A stretch of DNA of 64,000 bases from an uncultured Candidatus Saccharibacteria bacterium (GTDB lineage Bacteria > Patescibacteriota > Minisyncoccia > UBA6257 > 2-01-FULL-56-20): contig CAZAFA010000002.1 in the NCBI GenBank assembly GCA_964484655.1, positions 24,130-88,129 of the forward strand. Direction: 5' to 3'. The notes beneath the pieces are model-generated. The model did not search any database and was not told where the DNA came from. It was given only the letters and a program-made list of their open reading frames with translations. Shown here piece after piece: positions 18,437-28,438 of this stretch. How positions within the stretch are numbered: position 1 is the first letter of the stretch; each line of letters starts with the position of its first letter. Position numbers and translations under genes: made by a program.

Positions 18437-19129
18437 TCAGCGGCGGCCCCGCCAGGGCAGCACGGTCTGGGCCGCGAACGTGCTCGTCCCTACGTGCGCG
18501 CCGATGGCGCGGACGTAGGCGCCCGTCGTAACACCCTCGGCGTCGCCGGTGACCAGGACCATCCAGTCCCGGCCGTTGGCGTCGCGTAGCAGGAACGCAG
18601 TCGTCGTAGTCGCCTCGAGAACCTGCCCGCCGAGGAGTCCCTGCGCGGGATTGGACCAGAACGCCTCGCGCGAGAGCACGAAGCGGTCATAGGCAGGAAG
18701 CTCGCGGGCCAGCTCGTGGGTGCGCGTGCCCAGGCCTGCCGCGTAGAGCGCGCTGCCGATCGCGAGACTCATGAGCACGCTCCCGCCGAGCACCGTGACT
18801 GGTGCGAAGCGGTAGCCGCGGCGCGTGCGCGTGACCAGCTGGTAGGTAAGGAGTACGAGCATGAGGAGCGCGGCGAGCCACAGGTACGGGAACGACCGCA
18901 CCGTGGCGATGGTGTTGCGCTGGCTGAGCTCGACGGCGAGGTCCCAGTCGCGGTCGAGGAGCAGGAACTCGGACGTCGCCACGGTCATCGCGCCGAAGAA
19001 GACGGAGAGCGCCAGCAGGAGGCCCAGCAGGACGTTGCGCGCGACGAAGGTCCAGCGCGGGCGCGGCGCTATCTCGCGCTCCTGGATGGCGCCGACGACG
19101 CGGGCGGCGAAATCGTGTTCGTGGTTCAT
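18437..19129 (-). CDS. putative anti-sigma factor (membrane protein)
   Basis: Start overlaps the stop of the upstream ECF sigma gene (ATGA). Cytoplasmic N-terminus followed by TM helices. Confidence 0.5.
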   Translation of the reverse strand: MNHEHDFAARVVGAIQEREIAPRPRWTFVARNVLLGLLLALSVFFGAMTVATSEFLLLDRDWDLAVELSQRNTIATVRSFPYLWLAALLMLVLLTYQLVTRTRRGYRFAPVTVLGGSVLMSLAIGSALYAAGLGTRTHELARELPAYDRFVLSREAFWSNPAQGLLGGQVLEATTTTAFLLRDANGRDWMVLVTGDAEGVTTGAYVRAIGAHVGTSTFAAQTVLPWRGRR

Positions 19130-19716
19130 GGATTCTGGGTAAGGAGGTCGCGGAGCCGGGCCTTGGCGCGGGAGATGAGCGTCGCTACGGTGCCGGGCGG
19201 CTTGCGCAGGATGTCCGAGATCTCCTCGTACGTGCGCTCCTCGAGGAAGCGCAGGATGAGCACGTCCCGGTACTTGGGGTCGAGGCGGTCGATGGCCGCG
19301 CGGAGCGCCGCGGCATCCATGCGGGCTTCCGTCTCGGCCGCCGGGTCGGCCTCGGCGACGATGTTCTCGAACGCCGCGACCTCGTCCTCGTCGCGCGCGA
19401 CTTGCGGGACGCGGCTCACCTTCCGGAAGAACGTCATCGCCTCGTTATGCGTGATGCGGTAGATCCAGGAGGAGAACTTCAGGGAAGGATCGTAATCGTT
19501 GAGGTTGCGATACGCCTTGAGGAAGACCTCCTGGAGGATGTCATCGGCATCGCTCTGGCTCCTGCAGCCGAGGCGGAACAGGTAGCGGTTCAGCGGCGCC
19601 TGGTACCGGCGCACCAGAGGCGCGTACGCCGCGCTGTCCCTGAGCGCGGCCGCGACCAGCTCCTGATCGCTCGGCTCCTTAGTAGAGGATGTGGTCTCGG
19701 GCATGCGGGGAAGCAA
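19126..19716 (-). CDS. ECF (sigma-70 family) RNA polymerase sigma factor
   Basis: Region 2 (DILQEVFLKAYRNL...FSSWIYRITHNE) and region 4 (LEERTYEEISDILRKPPGTVATLISRAKARL). Confidence 0.85.
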   Translation of the reverse strand: MLPRMPETTSSTKEPSDQELVAAALRDSAAYAPLVRRYQAPLNRYLFRLGCRSQSDADDILQEVFLKAYRNLNDYDPSLKFSSWIYRITHNEAMTFFRKVSRVPQVARDEDEVAAFENIVAEADPAAETEARMDAAALRAAIDRLDPKYRDVLILRFLEERTYEEISDILRKPPGTVATLISRAKARLRDLLTQNP

Positions 19717-19801
19717 GGCGCCGAGGCGGCCTGAACCTTGATACGCCCCGGATGCCCCTATTCTTTCATATTAGGACGGGGCAGGAGCGTATACTTACCC
19801 G

Positions 19802-22288
19802 GTGATGGCCGCCTGGTCCCGATACGCTCCCCTGCCGGTCGACGAGACCGCCGCCCGCCTCGGCACGGATGCCGCGCGCGGGCTCGATCCCGCGGGGCTG
19901 GAATCGCGGCGCAAGGAGCACGGATGGAACGAGATCGGGCGCGACGCCGTGACCTGGCATGGGATCCTGCTCAGGCAGTTCCGCTCCTCCTTCGTCTACG
20001 TCCTCGCCGGCGCCGCGGTGCTCGCCTTCGCGCTCGGCGAGGTCGCCGACGGCGCGCTCATATTCCTGTTCGTCGCCGTGAACGCGGCGCTCGGCTTCTA
20101 CCAGGAATTCCATTCCGAGAAGGCGGCGCGGCTGCTCGCGAGCTACCTCGAGACGAAGGTTGACGTCATCCGCGGCGGCGAGCATCGCGCGGTGCCGGCG
20201 CGCGAGCTCGTGCCCGGCGACCTGGTCTGCCTCCAGGCGGGCGATGCCATCCCGGCGGACGTGCGCTTCGTCAGCACGGACGGGCTCGTCGTGGACGAGT
20301 CCTCCCTCACCGGCGAATCCGTCGCGATCGCGAAGCTGACCGAGTCGCGCGAGGCGCAGGAAGCGTTCGAGGCGGCCAACATGGGCTTCTCGGGCACGCA
20401 CGTGACCCAGGGCAGCGGGACGGCCGTCGTGATCGCCACCGGCGCGGCGACGCTCCTCGGCGAGACCGCGCGCCTGACCGCGACGGCTTCCGGCACGAGC
20501 TCGCTCGAGCAGGGCCTGGACCGCTTCAGCGCGTTCATGATCCGCCTCGTGCTCGTCACGCTCGCGCTGGTCTTCGCGGCGCACCTGTTCCTCCGCGGCA
20601 GCGAGATCGGCATCGGCGAGCTCGCCATCTTCGCCGTGGCGCTCGCCGTGAGCGTCATCCCGGAAGGGCTGCCGGTCGTCATGACGTTCTCGCTCTCGCG
20701 CGGCGCGATGCGCCTGGCGAAGCGGCACGTCGTCGTGAAGCGGCTCTCGGCGATCGAGGACCTGGGGAGCATCGACGTCCTCTGCACCGACAAGACGGGC
20801 ACCCTCACGGAGAACCGCATGGGGATCGTCGCGGTCAGCGACGAGGCTGCCGTGCCGCTCGCGGCGCTCGCCGGCGAATGGCCGTCGGACGGGCAGATGC
20901 GGAACTCCTTCGACGCCCCGCTCTGGACGCGCCTCGGCGACGCCGGCGAAGGCCTGCGCGCGGGAGCGCGGAAGACGCACGCTATCGCCTTCGACCCGGT
21001 CCGCCGCATCGACAGCGCCACGGTCGCGCGAGGGTCGCAACGGACGCTCGTGATCCGCGGCGCGCCCGAGGCCGTCCTGGCAGCCTGCGCGGACGCCGGC
21101 GATGCCCTCGCCTGGATCGAGGAGCAGGGCCGCCTCGGCAGGCGCGTGATCGCCATCGCGCAGAAGCCCTGGCACGAGGACGCGCACGCCGTCGATGACG
21201 AGCGTGCGGGCTTCGCGCTCGCGGGCGCCATCGCGTACGCCGATCCCCTGCGCGCCTCGACGCGGGATGCGCTCGCGCAGGCGCGCTCGCTCGGCGTCGC
21301 CGTGAAGGTCATCACCGGGGACAGCGTCGGCGTCGCGGAAGCGGTGGCGCGCGAGGCGGGCCTGCAGGGCGAGGTCATCTCGGGCGCGGAGTTCGCCGCG
21401 CTTCCGGAGGACGCGCAGCACGCCGCGGCGGAGCGCGTCGCGGTGTTCGCGCGCGTGAGCCCCGCGCAGAAGCACCGCATCATCCAGCTGCTCGCGGAGC
21501 GCCACGCGGTCGGGTACCTCGGCGACGGCATCAACGACGCGCCGGCGCTCAAGGCCGCCGGCGTCGGCCTCGCGGTGCAGGGCGCGACCGACATCGCGCG
21601 CGAGGCGGCGGACATCATCCTCCTCGATCCCAGCCTCGCCGTCGTGATACGGGGCATCCGCGAGGGACGGAGCGTGTTCGTGAACTCGGTGAAGTATCTC
21701 AAGGCGACGCTCTCCTCGAACTTCGGCAACTTCTACGCGGTGGCGCTCGGCTCCCTCGTGATCAAGGAGCTGCCCATGCTCCCCGTGCAGCTCCTGCTGC
21801 TCAACCTCCTCACGGACGCGCCGCTGATCGCGGTCGCGGCGGACAACGTCGACGACGGGGACCTCAAGAAGCCGAAGGCGTACCGCGTGCGCGAGATCGC
21901 GACGATCGCGCTCGTCCTCGGCATCGTGAGCACCGCGGTGGACTTCGCGTACTTCGGCCTCTTCTTCCAGCTGCCGGTCAGCGAGCTCCAGACGAACTGG
22001 TTCGTCGGCAGCGTCCTGACCGAGCTGGCGTTCCTCTACTCGGTGCGCACGCGGCTCCCGTTCTGGCGCGCGCGCGGACCGGCGCGCGTCATCACCGCGC
22101 TCACCGTCGGCGCCGGCGCCGTCGCGCTCGCGCTCCCCTTCACCCGCTTCGGGCAGGAGGTGTTCCGGTTCACGCCGCCCGGAGCGACGACGCTCCTGCT
22201 GATCGCGGGCATCGCCGCGGTCTACCTCGTCGCCAACGAGGCGGTGAAGCTCGGCTATTACCGCTCCTTCCGCGGTACCGAGGACTGA
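19802..22288 (+). CDS. cation-transporting P-type ATPase (Mg/Ca type)
   Basis: DKTGTLT phosphorylation motif, TGES, GDGINDAPAL, and 10 TM segments. Confidence 0.9.
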   Translation: MMAAWSRYAPLPVDETAARLGTDAARGLDPAGLESRRKEHGWNEIGRDAVTWHGILLRQFRSSFVYVLAGAAVLAFALGEVADGALIFLFVAVNAALGFYQEFHSEKAARLLASYLETKVDVIRGGEHRAVPARELVPGDLVCLQAGDAIPADVRFVSTDGLVVDESSLTGESVAIAKLTESREAQEAFEAANMGFSGTHVTQGSGTAVVIATGAATLLGETARLTATASGTSSLEQGLDRFSAFMIRLVLVTLALVFAAHLFLRGSEIGIGELAIFAVALAVSVIPEGLPVVMTFSLSRGAMRLAKRHVVVKRLSAIEDLGSIDVLCTDKTGTLTENRMGIVAVSDEAAVPLAALAGEWPSDGQMRNSFDAPLWTRLGDAGEGLRAGARKTHAIAFDPVRRIDSATVARGSQRTLVIRGAPEAVLAACADAGDALAWIEEQGRLGRRVIAIAQKPWHEDAHAVDDERAGFALAGAIAYADPLRASTRDALAQARSLGVAVKVITGDSVGVAEAVAREAGLQGEVISGAEFAALPEDAQHAAAERVAVFARVSPAQKHRIIQLLAERHAVGYLGDGINDAPALKAAGVGLAVQGATDIAREAADIILLDPSLAVVIRGIREGRSVFVNSVKYLKATLSSNFGNFYAVALGSLVIKELPMLPVQLLLLNLLTDAPLIAVAADNVDDGDLKKPKAYRVREIATIALVLGIVSTAVDFAYFGLFFQLPVSELQTNWFVGSVLTELAFLYSVRTRLPFWRARGPARVITALTVGAGAVALALPFTRFGQEVFRFTPPGATTLLLIAGIAAVYLVANEAVKLGYYRSFRGTED

Positions 22289-22303
22289 GGGTATCCTCGT
22301 CCC

Positions 22304-22972
22304 ATGCACGCGTGGGACGTCTCGCCGAAGGAAGCGGTCCGCATCCAGCAGGAGCTGCGGCATGCCGTCCGCGTAGCGCCGCTGGGGAACGTGCCGCGGC
22401 TGATCGCGGGATGCGACGTGAGCGCGAACCGGTTCAGCGACGAGGTGTTCGCCGGCTTCGTCGTCATGACCTGGCCGGAACTCGCGGTCGTCGAGACCGT
22501 CACGGTACGCCGCACCGCGGGCTTCCCCTACATTCCGGGCCTGCTCTCCTTCCGTGAGATCCCCGCGCTCCTGGACGCCTGGGAGATGATCGGCGAGAAG
22601 CCCGGCCTCCTGTTCGTCGACGGCTCCGGCATCGCGCATCCGCGCCGGCTCGGCATCGCGGCGCATCTCGGCGCGCTCCTCGGCGTCCCGTCCGTCGGCT
22701 GCGCGAAGAGCAGGCTCGTCGGCGCGTACGAGGAGCCGGGTCTCGAGCCCGGCTCGCGCAGCGCGCTGTTGGACCGCGGCGAGCAGGTCGGCGTCGTGCT
22801 CCGCACGAAGGCGCGCACCAATCCCCTGTTCGTCTCGCCGGGGCACGGCGTCGGCATCGAGGAGGCAGCCGACCTCGTCCTCGGCGCGACGCGCGGCTAC
22901 CGCCTTCCCGAGCCGACGCGGCAGGCGCATCTCGCGACGAACGCGGCGCGGAGGGCACATTACGGCTTGTAA
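22304..22972 (+). CDS. nfi: endonuclease V
   Basis: GCDVS...PYIPGLLSFREIP...VDGSGIAHPRRLGIAAHLG...VGCAKS...SPGHGV. Confidence 0.85.
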   Translation: MHAWDVSPKEAVRIQQELRHAVRVAPLGNVPRLIAGCDVSANRFSDEVFAGFVVMTWPELAVVETVTVRRTAGFPYIPGLLSFREIPALLDAWEMIGEKPGLLFVDGSGIAHPRRLGIAAHLGALLGVPSVGCAKSRLVGAYEEPGLEPGSRSALLDRGEQVGVVLRTKARTNPLFVSPGHGVGIEEAADLVLGATRGYRLPEPTRQAHLATNAARRAHYGL

Positions 22973-23011
22973 TGGAGGCCTGAAAAAAGTAACGTTTCGA
23001 ACACTCAGTCA

Positions 23012-24574
23012 ATGATCCGAAACGTGCTCTCCCCCATAGGGCGCATCCTCCGAAAGCGCATCTGGCGCGTACCGCTGTACGTGCCGCTCGCCCTGCTGCT
23101 GATCGCCGGCGCGTACCTCGGGTACCGCCAGGTGACGGCTCCCGACGCGCCGCTCCAGACCGTGACGGCGACGCGCGGTACCGTGCGCGAGGAGGTCTCC
23201 GTCGTCGGGCGCATCCAGCCCACGGAGCGCCTCGACCTCGCGCTGCAGGGATCGGGACGCATCGCGTACGTCGGCACGAGCGAAGGCGCGCGCGTCCGGC
23301 GCGGCCAGCTCCTGGTCTCGCTCTCGGGCGCGAACCTTCAGGCCCAGCTCCAGGCCGCGCTGGCCGGCCTCGACCAGCAGCGGCTCCGCCTCGACCAGCT
23401 GCGCGAGGGCGCGCGGACCGAGGACGTCGCCGTCACGCGCACGTCACGCGACAACGCCGAGCTCGCGTTGGCGGCCCAGCTGCGCCAGAGCTTCTCCTCC
23501 GTTGACAGTACGCTCGGCGCGAGCGTCGACCAGCTCTACGCCGATCCGCGCTCCGGGTCGCCGCGCTTCGGCGCATCCATAGCCGCCGGCGCGTCCAACT
23601 ACTTCATCAACGCCCCCTACCAGGACCGCATCCGCCTCCAGGAGGAGCAGGCGGAGACCGTCCGGCGCATGGACGCGTGGCGCGCCGCCCTCGACGGCGG
23701 GGACCGCGCGGCGGCCCTCGCGGCGGCGCAGCGCGCGCTGCCGTACGCGCAGAGCTATCTCGCGGACCTCGCCGCGGTGATCAACGCGTACCGCGCGGAC
23801 AACACGACCCAGCAGGCGATCTACGCAGGCTTCAAGGCGGACGTCGCCGCGGCGCGGAGCGCGGTCTCCGGAGCTGACGCGGCCGTGACCGCGGCTGCGG
23901 CGTCGCTCGCGAGCGCCGAGAGCCAGCTCGCGCTCAAGACCGCGCCGGCCGGAAGCACGGACGTCCTCATCCAGGAAGCGGCCGTGCGCGCCGCGCAGGC
24001 GCAGGTCGCGGCGGTGCGCGCGCAGCTCGCCGAGAACGCCGTCGTCTCCCCCGTGGACGGCGTTGTCACGAAGCTCGACGCGCAGGTCGGCGAGTCCGCC
24101 TCGCCCTCGCGGACGCTGGTGAGCGTCATGGCGGACGCGCGCTACGAGATCGAGGCGCGCGTGCCGGAGGCGGACATCGCGAAGATCAAGGTGGGCGACG
24201 AGGCGCGCGCCACCATGGACGCGTACCCGGGCGAGCGCTTCGCCGCCCGCGTGATCTTCGTCGCGCCGGCCGAGGATCTCGTCGAGGGCGTCGCCACCTA
24301 CAAGGTGAAGCTCCAGCTGACGGCCGACGACGCGCGCGTGAAGCCCGGCATGACCATCGACATGGACATCAGCACGAACACCCGCGAGGACGTCGTCGTC
24401 GTGCCGCAGCGCGTGGTCGTCACGCGCGGCGACCGGAAGGTCGTGCGCATCCCCGACGGCGAGAGGACGCGCGAGGTCGAGGTGAGGACCGGCATCCGCG
24501 GCACGGACGGCATGATCGAGATCGTCAGCGGCCTGCGCGAGGGCGAGGTGGTCGTCAGCGGCTCGGCGGACTGA
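23012..24574 (+). CDS. efflux adaptor, HlyD/MacA-like periplasmic protein with long coiled coil
   Basis: N-terminal TM, beta-barrel/lipoyl segments, a long Ala/Gln coiled region, and a C-terminal beta domain. Confidence 0.8.
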   Translation: MIRNVLSPIGRILRKRIWRVPLYVPLALLLIAGAYLGYRQVTAPDAPLQTVTATRGTVREEVSVVGRIQPTERLDLALQGSGRIAYVGTSEGARVRRGQLLVSLSGANLQAQLQAALAGLDQQRLRLDQLREGARTEDVAVTRTSRDNAELALAAQLRQSFSSVDSTLGASVDQLYADPRSGSPRFGASIAAGASNYFINAPYQDRIRLQEEQAETVRRMDAWRAALDGGDRAAALAAAQRALPYAQSYLADLAAVINAYRADNTTQQAIYAGFKADVAAARSAVSGADAAVTAAAASLASAESQLALKTAPAGSTDVLIQEAAVRAAQAQVAAVRAQLAENAVVSPVDGVVTKLDAQVGESASPSRTLVSVMADARYEIEARVPEADIAKIKVGDEARATMDAYPGERFAARVIFVAPAEDLVEGVATYKVKLQLTADDARVKPGMTIDMDISTNTREDVVVVPQRVVVTRGDRKVVRIPDGERTREVEVRTGIRGTDGMIEIVSGLREGEVVVSGSAD

Positions 24575-25293
24575 TGGCGCTGATCGAGGCCCGCGACCTC
24601 GCGAAGGTGTACGGCGAAGGCGAAGGCGCCACCGTCGCGCTCGCCGGCGTGTCGTTCGACATCGAGAAGGGCGAGTTCGTCTCCATCATGGGCCCCTCCG
24701 GGTCCGGGAAGTCCACGCTCCTGCAGATTCTCGGCTTCCTGGACCAGCACACGGGCGGCACGTACCGCTTCGAGGGGCGCGACTCCGGCTCCTACTCCGA
24801 CGACGAGCTCGCCGAGGTGCGCAACCGCAAGCTCGGCTTCATCTTCCAGGCCTTCAACCTCCTGCCGAAGACCACGGTGCTCGAGAACACGCAGCTTCCG
24901 CTGCTCTATTCGCGCATCCCCGAGCGCGAGTGGGCGCCGCGCGCGCATGCCGCGATCGACGCGGTCGGGCTCGGCCACCGCGCGTACCACGAGACCGGCA
25001 AGCTCTCCGGCGGCGAGAAGCAGCGCGCCGCCATCGCCCGCGCGCTCGTGAACGACCCCGAGGTCATCTTCGCCGACGAGCCGACCGGCAACCTCGACTC
25101 GCGCTCGGGCCAGATGGTCATGGAGACGATCCAGGACCTCAACGAGAACCACGGCCACACGATCATCCTCATCACGCACGAGACGAGCACGGCCGAGCAC
25201 GCGAACCGCATCATCCGCATCCGGGACGGCCGCATCGAGAGCGACGCGCGCGTGCAGGCGCGCCGGCGCGCTGCCGCCGCATACGAGAAATGA
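24574..25293 (+). CDS. ABC transporter ATP-binding protein (MacB/LolD-like)
   Basis: GPSGSGKST Walker A, LSGGEKQR signature, IFADEPTGNLD Walker B. Confidence 0.9.
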   Translation: MALIEARDLAKVYGEGEGATVALAGVSFDIEKGEFVSIMGPSGSGKSTLLQILGFLDQHTGGTYRFEGRDSGSYSDDELAEVRNRKLGFIFQAFNLLPKTTVLENTQLPLLYSRIPEREWAPRAHAAIDAVGLGHRAYHETGKLSGGEKQRAAIARALVNDPEVIFADEPTGNLDSRSGQMVMETIQDLNENHGHTIILITHETSTAEHANRIIRIRDGRIESDARVQARRRAAAAYEK

Positions 25294-26528
25294 GGTTCCG
25301 CTACGCGCTCCGCACCGCCCGCACGGGCGTCGCCCGGCACAAGAGTCGCTCGGCGCTCACGATCCTCGGCATCGTCATCGGCATCGCGAGCATCATCCTC
25401 ATCCAGTCCGTGGGCGAGGGGGCGCAGTCGCTCATCCTCGACCAGGTGCAGGGCCTCGGCGCGCGCACCATCGCGATCCAGCCGGGACGGCCGCAGCGCG
25501 GCCCCGCCGACGGCGCCAACGCCTTCTCCGACTCGCTCAAGCAGCGCGAGGTGGACGCGATCAGCAGCAAGGCGAACGTCCCCGGCATGGAGAACGTCAC
25601 GCCGTCCATACTCCTTCCCGGCTCGGTCGCGTACGGCACGGAGACCTACGACGGGACGATATACGGCACCGCGCCCGGCTTCGCGGCCATCCTCTCCCTC
25701 GACGTCGCCGAGGGCTCCTTCATCGCCGACGAGGACGTCGCGGCGCGCGCGTCCGTGGCCGTGATCGGCCACACGGTGCGCGAGGAGCTCTTCGGCGAGA
25801 GCGACGCCGTCGGGCAGCGGATCAAGGTTGGCGACCGCAGCTTCCGCGTCATCGGCGTGCTCGAGAAGAAGGCCTCGGCGCTCTTCGTCGAGCCGGACAA
25901 GATCGTCATCGTCCCCTACACCGCCGCGCAGAGCTACCTCACCGCCAACGACCACTTCAACATGGTCTTCGGCCAGGCCGTCTCCGAGGACGAGATCGAC
26001 AACGTGCAGGCCGACGTGGAGCGGACACTCCGCGACCTGCACGACATCACCGACCCAGAGAAGGACGACTTCGACGTCGGCACGCAGAAGGAGCTCGCGG
26101 ACCAGATCGGCACCATCACGGACGTGCTCACGTACCTGCTCTCGTCCGTCGCGGCGATCTCGCTCGTCGTCGGCGGCATCGGCATCATGAACATCATGCT
26201 CGTCTCCGTGACGGAGCGGACGCGCGAGATCGGCCTCCGCAAGGCGCTGGGCGCCAAGAGCAGCGACGTGCTCCTCCAGTTCCTCATCGAGTCGGTGATC
26301 CTCACGCTCGCCGGCGGCGTCATCGGGATCGTCCTCGGGGCGAGCCTCTCGTTCCTCGCGGCGATCGTCCTGAGCACGTTCGCCGGCCTGAACTGGGGCT
26401 TCTCCTTCCCTGTCTCCGCGGCGGTCATCGGCATCTCGGTGGCGGCGGCCGTGGGACTCGTCTTCGGCCTCTATCCTGCGAGCCAGGCGGCGAGGAAAAG
26501 CCCGATGGAGGCTCTGCGTTACGAATAG
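25290..26528 (+). CDS. ABC transporter permease, FtsX/MacB-like
   Basis: ATG overlaps the upstream TGA. N-terminal TM, a large periplasmic domain, and C-terminal FtsX TM helices (GIGIMNIMLVSVTERTREIG). Confidence 0.85.
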   Translation: MRFRYALRTARTGVARHKSRSALTILGIVIGIASIILIQSVGEGAQSLILDQVQGLGARTIAIQPGRPQRGPADGANAFSDSLKQREVDAISSKANVPGMENVTPSILLPGSVAYGTETYDGTIYGTAPGFAAILSLDVAEGSFIADEDVAARASVAVIGHTVREELFGESDAVGQRIKVGDRSFRVIGVLEKKASALFVEPDKIVIVPYTAAQSYLTANDHFNMVFGQAVSEDEIDNVQADVERTLRDLHDITDPEKDDFDVGTQKELADQIGTITDVLTYLLSSVAAISLVVGGIGIMNIMLVSVTERTREIGLRKALGAKSSDVLLQFLIESVILTLAGGVIGIVLGASLSFLAAIVLSTFAGLNWGFSFPVSAAVIGISVAAAVGLVFGLYPASQAARKSPMEALRYE

Positions 26529-26565
26529 CCCGGCCTTATCGGGAATTTATCGACGGCCGGCTATC

Positions 26566-26605
26566 TTGACGGCACGTTCGGGCCCATATAACATATCTGT
26601 TATGT
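26566..26605 (+). promoter_or_regulatory. candidate promoter (TTGACG-N17-TAACAT) with inverted repeat ACATA-N5-TATGT over the -10
   Basis: Read directly upstream of the toxin-antitoxin operon. The inverted repeat is a plausible autoregulation operator. Confidence 0.35.
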
Positions 26606-26635
26606 AAGACGCCTGGCGAATTACTGCCCGTATCA

Positions 26636-26968
26636 ATGCGCTATGCCATCCTGCCTCCCTGCCGGAAAGAGATAGAGAAGATATTGGGCCGTGATGTCGC
26701 CTCCGTGAGGCTCTTCGGGGCGGCGGCCGACCGATTCCGCGACCACTCCCTCGACGAGCTCCAAGCGGCGGGTCTTACGGAAAAGATCAAGGGAATCACC
26801 ACGCGGCTGCCGATGATCGAGTACCGCATCGAGCTCAAGGACAGGAAGCTGCGCGTCATCTTCAGCATCGACGGAGCGGACGCGACCTGGCTCGCCTGCG
26901 AGCTCGAGAAGCGGGGCAGGATCACGCGGCAGGCCAAGGAACGAGCGGCCGGAAGAATATCTCACTAA
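26636..26968 (+). CDS. RelE/ParE-superfamily toxin-like protein (HigB/Gp49-like arrangement)
   Basis: 110 aa. IEYRIELKDRKLRVIFSIDGADATWLAC fits the RelE/ParE beta-sheet core. Immediately followed by an XRE-HTH gene. Confidence 0.5.
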   Translation: MRYAILPPCRKEIEKILGRDVASVRLFGAAADRFRDHSLDELQAAGLTEKIKGITTRLPMIEYRIELKDRKLRVIFSIDGADATWLACELEKRGRITRQAKERAAGRISH

Positions 26969-26972
26969 GCAC

Positions 26973-27383
26973 ATGCAGTTCGACGACATCCTCGACGACC
27001 TCCTCAAGGACCCGGAGTTCAGGGAGCGGCACGCCCAGAAGGACGCGGCCGACCTCGCCGCGCGCGTCAGCGACCAGATCGTCCGCGCCCGCATCCGCGT
27101 CGGCATGACCCAGGCCGATCTCGCGCGGAAGGCCGGGACGCAGCAGTCCGGCATCGCGCGCGCGGAGAGCGGGGCGACGCTGCCCAGCCTCGCGTTCCTC
27201 CAGCGTCTCGCCGAGGCCATGGGAACCCATCTCATCGAACCGCGCTTCGTCGACGTCCGCGCCGTACTCCCGAGGAGCGTCACCAGGAGCACCGCGCGCG
27301 AGACGCGCACCAAGCTCGTCAGCCACGGTACCGGCTCAGGCCTGAACCTCGCATCCACCCCATTCACCTCAACCCATGCATGA
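26973..27383 (+). CDS. XRE-family HTH protein (putative antitoxin/regulator)
   Basis: IRVGMTQADLARKAGTQQSGIARAES is a classic HTH_3. Confidence 0.65.
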   Translation: MQFDDILDDLLKDPEFRERHAQKDAADLAARVSDQIVRARIRVGMTQADLARKAGTQQSGIARAESGATLPSLAFLQRLAEAMGTHLIEPRFVDVRAVLPRSVTRSTARETRTKLVSHGTGSGLNLASTPFTSTHA

Positions 27384-27864
27384 AGTAAAGAACGCCAACG
27401 TCACCCACCTCTGGAGCGTCCTCTGCCAGACCGCCACCGTCGACGCGGACAGCAACGACTTGTCGCTGATCAAGACGATCGACGAGATGAGCGTCTCGTT
27501 CGCCAACGCGGACGCGCTCCGCTCCTTCCAGGAGTCCGCTGCCAAGGGCCCGGTCACCACGCCGACCGCGTGCGACCTCGTCACGCTCTGGAAGAAGGCC
27601 GACCGCGCCGCGGACGCCGTCTTCGACCTCCGCGTCCGCTACCAGGATCCGGACGGCCGCAGCCTCGGCGAGGTCGAGATCCCCGTCCGCATGGGCGCCG
27701 GCGAGCTCCGCCACCGGCACCGCCTCAACATGCCGGGGCTCCCCATGACCGTGCCCGGCGAGTACGCGTTCGTCGTCGAGGTCCGCGCGGAAGGCGGGAA
27801 GTACAAGCTCGTGGACCGCGTCCCGCTGGATATCGTCTTCCGGCTCGACCAGCCGAAGAAGTAG
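27376..27864 (+). CDS. hypothetical protein co-oriented and overlapping the HTH gene
   Basis: ATG is 8 nt inside the upstream gene. 162 aa with no recognised motif. Confidence 0.45.
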   Translation: MHEVKNANVTHLWSVLCQTATVDADSNDLSLIKTIDEMSVSFANADALRSFQESAAKGPVTTPTACDLVTLWKKADRAADAVFDLRVRYQDPDGRSLGEVEIPVRMGAGELRHRHRLNMPGLPMTVPGEYAFVVEVRAEGGKYKLVDRVPLDIVFRLDQPKK

Positions 27865-27955
27865 CCCTTGCCAGGCCGGCAGGGATGCCGCATGGTGGAA
27901 AGCGACCCGAGCGGTCGCTTTTTAGAAAACTGAATAACCCTGGAGTATAGAGAGT

Positions 27956-28369
27956 ATGAGAAAGAACAGAGGATTCTCCCTGATAGAGCTGCTCATCGTC
28001 GTGGTGATCATCGGCATCATCGCCGCGATAGCCATACCCAACCTGCTCGACGCGCGTCGCGTCGCCAACGAAGGCGCGGCGGTCGCGGAGATGAAGAAGG
28101 TCGCCGACGGATGCGCGAAGGACAAGGCGAAGTGCGCCTATACCTACGAATCGTCCGGCTACATGCTGGCGGTGGCGCCCGCCAACGCGGGCGGGTTCGT
28201 GGTGACGGCGGTGCCGATCCAGCCGAACGGCGTAACCGCGACCGGCAACCGGTCGTTCGCGCTCATGAGCTGGTCGAGCAACGGACGGGACGGCTACGAG
28301 GTCATCTACAAGCCCGGAGGCATGGCGCCGTCGAGCCTGAGCGACCCCGAGGCGCGACGCCTCGAATAG
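27956..28369 (+). CDS. type IV pilin / pseudopilin (prepilin N-methylation motif)
   Basis: MRKNRGFSLIELLIVVVIIGIIAAIAIP N-terminus. Confidence 0.8.
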   Translation: MRKNRGFSLIELLIVVVIIGIIAAIAIPNLLDARRVANEGAAVAEMKKVADGCAKDKAKCAYTYESSGYMLAVAPANAGGFVVTAVPIQPNGVTATGNRSFALMSWSSNGRDGYEVIYKPGGMAPSSLSDPEARRLE

Positions 28370-28392
28370 CCGTACCGGGGCGTGAAAGAAAG

Positions 28393-28420
28393 AAGGCAGG
28401 ACCCGCGGGTCCTGCCTTTT
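28393..28420. terminator. bidirectional terminator hairpin
   Basis: AAGGCAGGACCC-GC-GGGTCCTGCCTTTT. Confidence 0.65.
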
Positions 28421-28438
28421 CCTATGCGCGAGCGTCCG

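Noticed and set aside
19766-22960. 1064-aa minus-strand ORF
   Set aside because: It is antisense to the P-type ATPase and endonuclease V genes, which have unmistakable motifs (DKTGT and so on).
26633-27367. 244-aa minus-strand ORF
   Set aside because: It is antisense to the toxin-antitoxin pair, whose HTH_3 motif and RelE-like core are on the plus strand.
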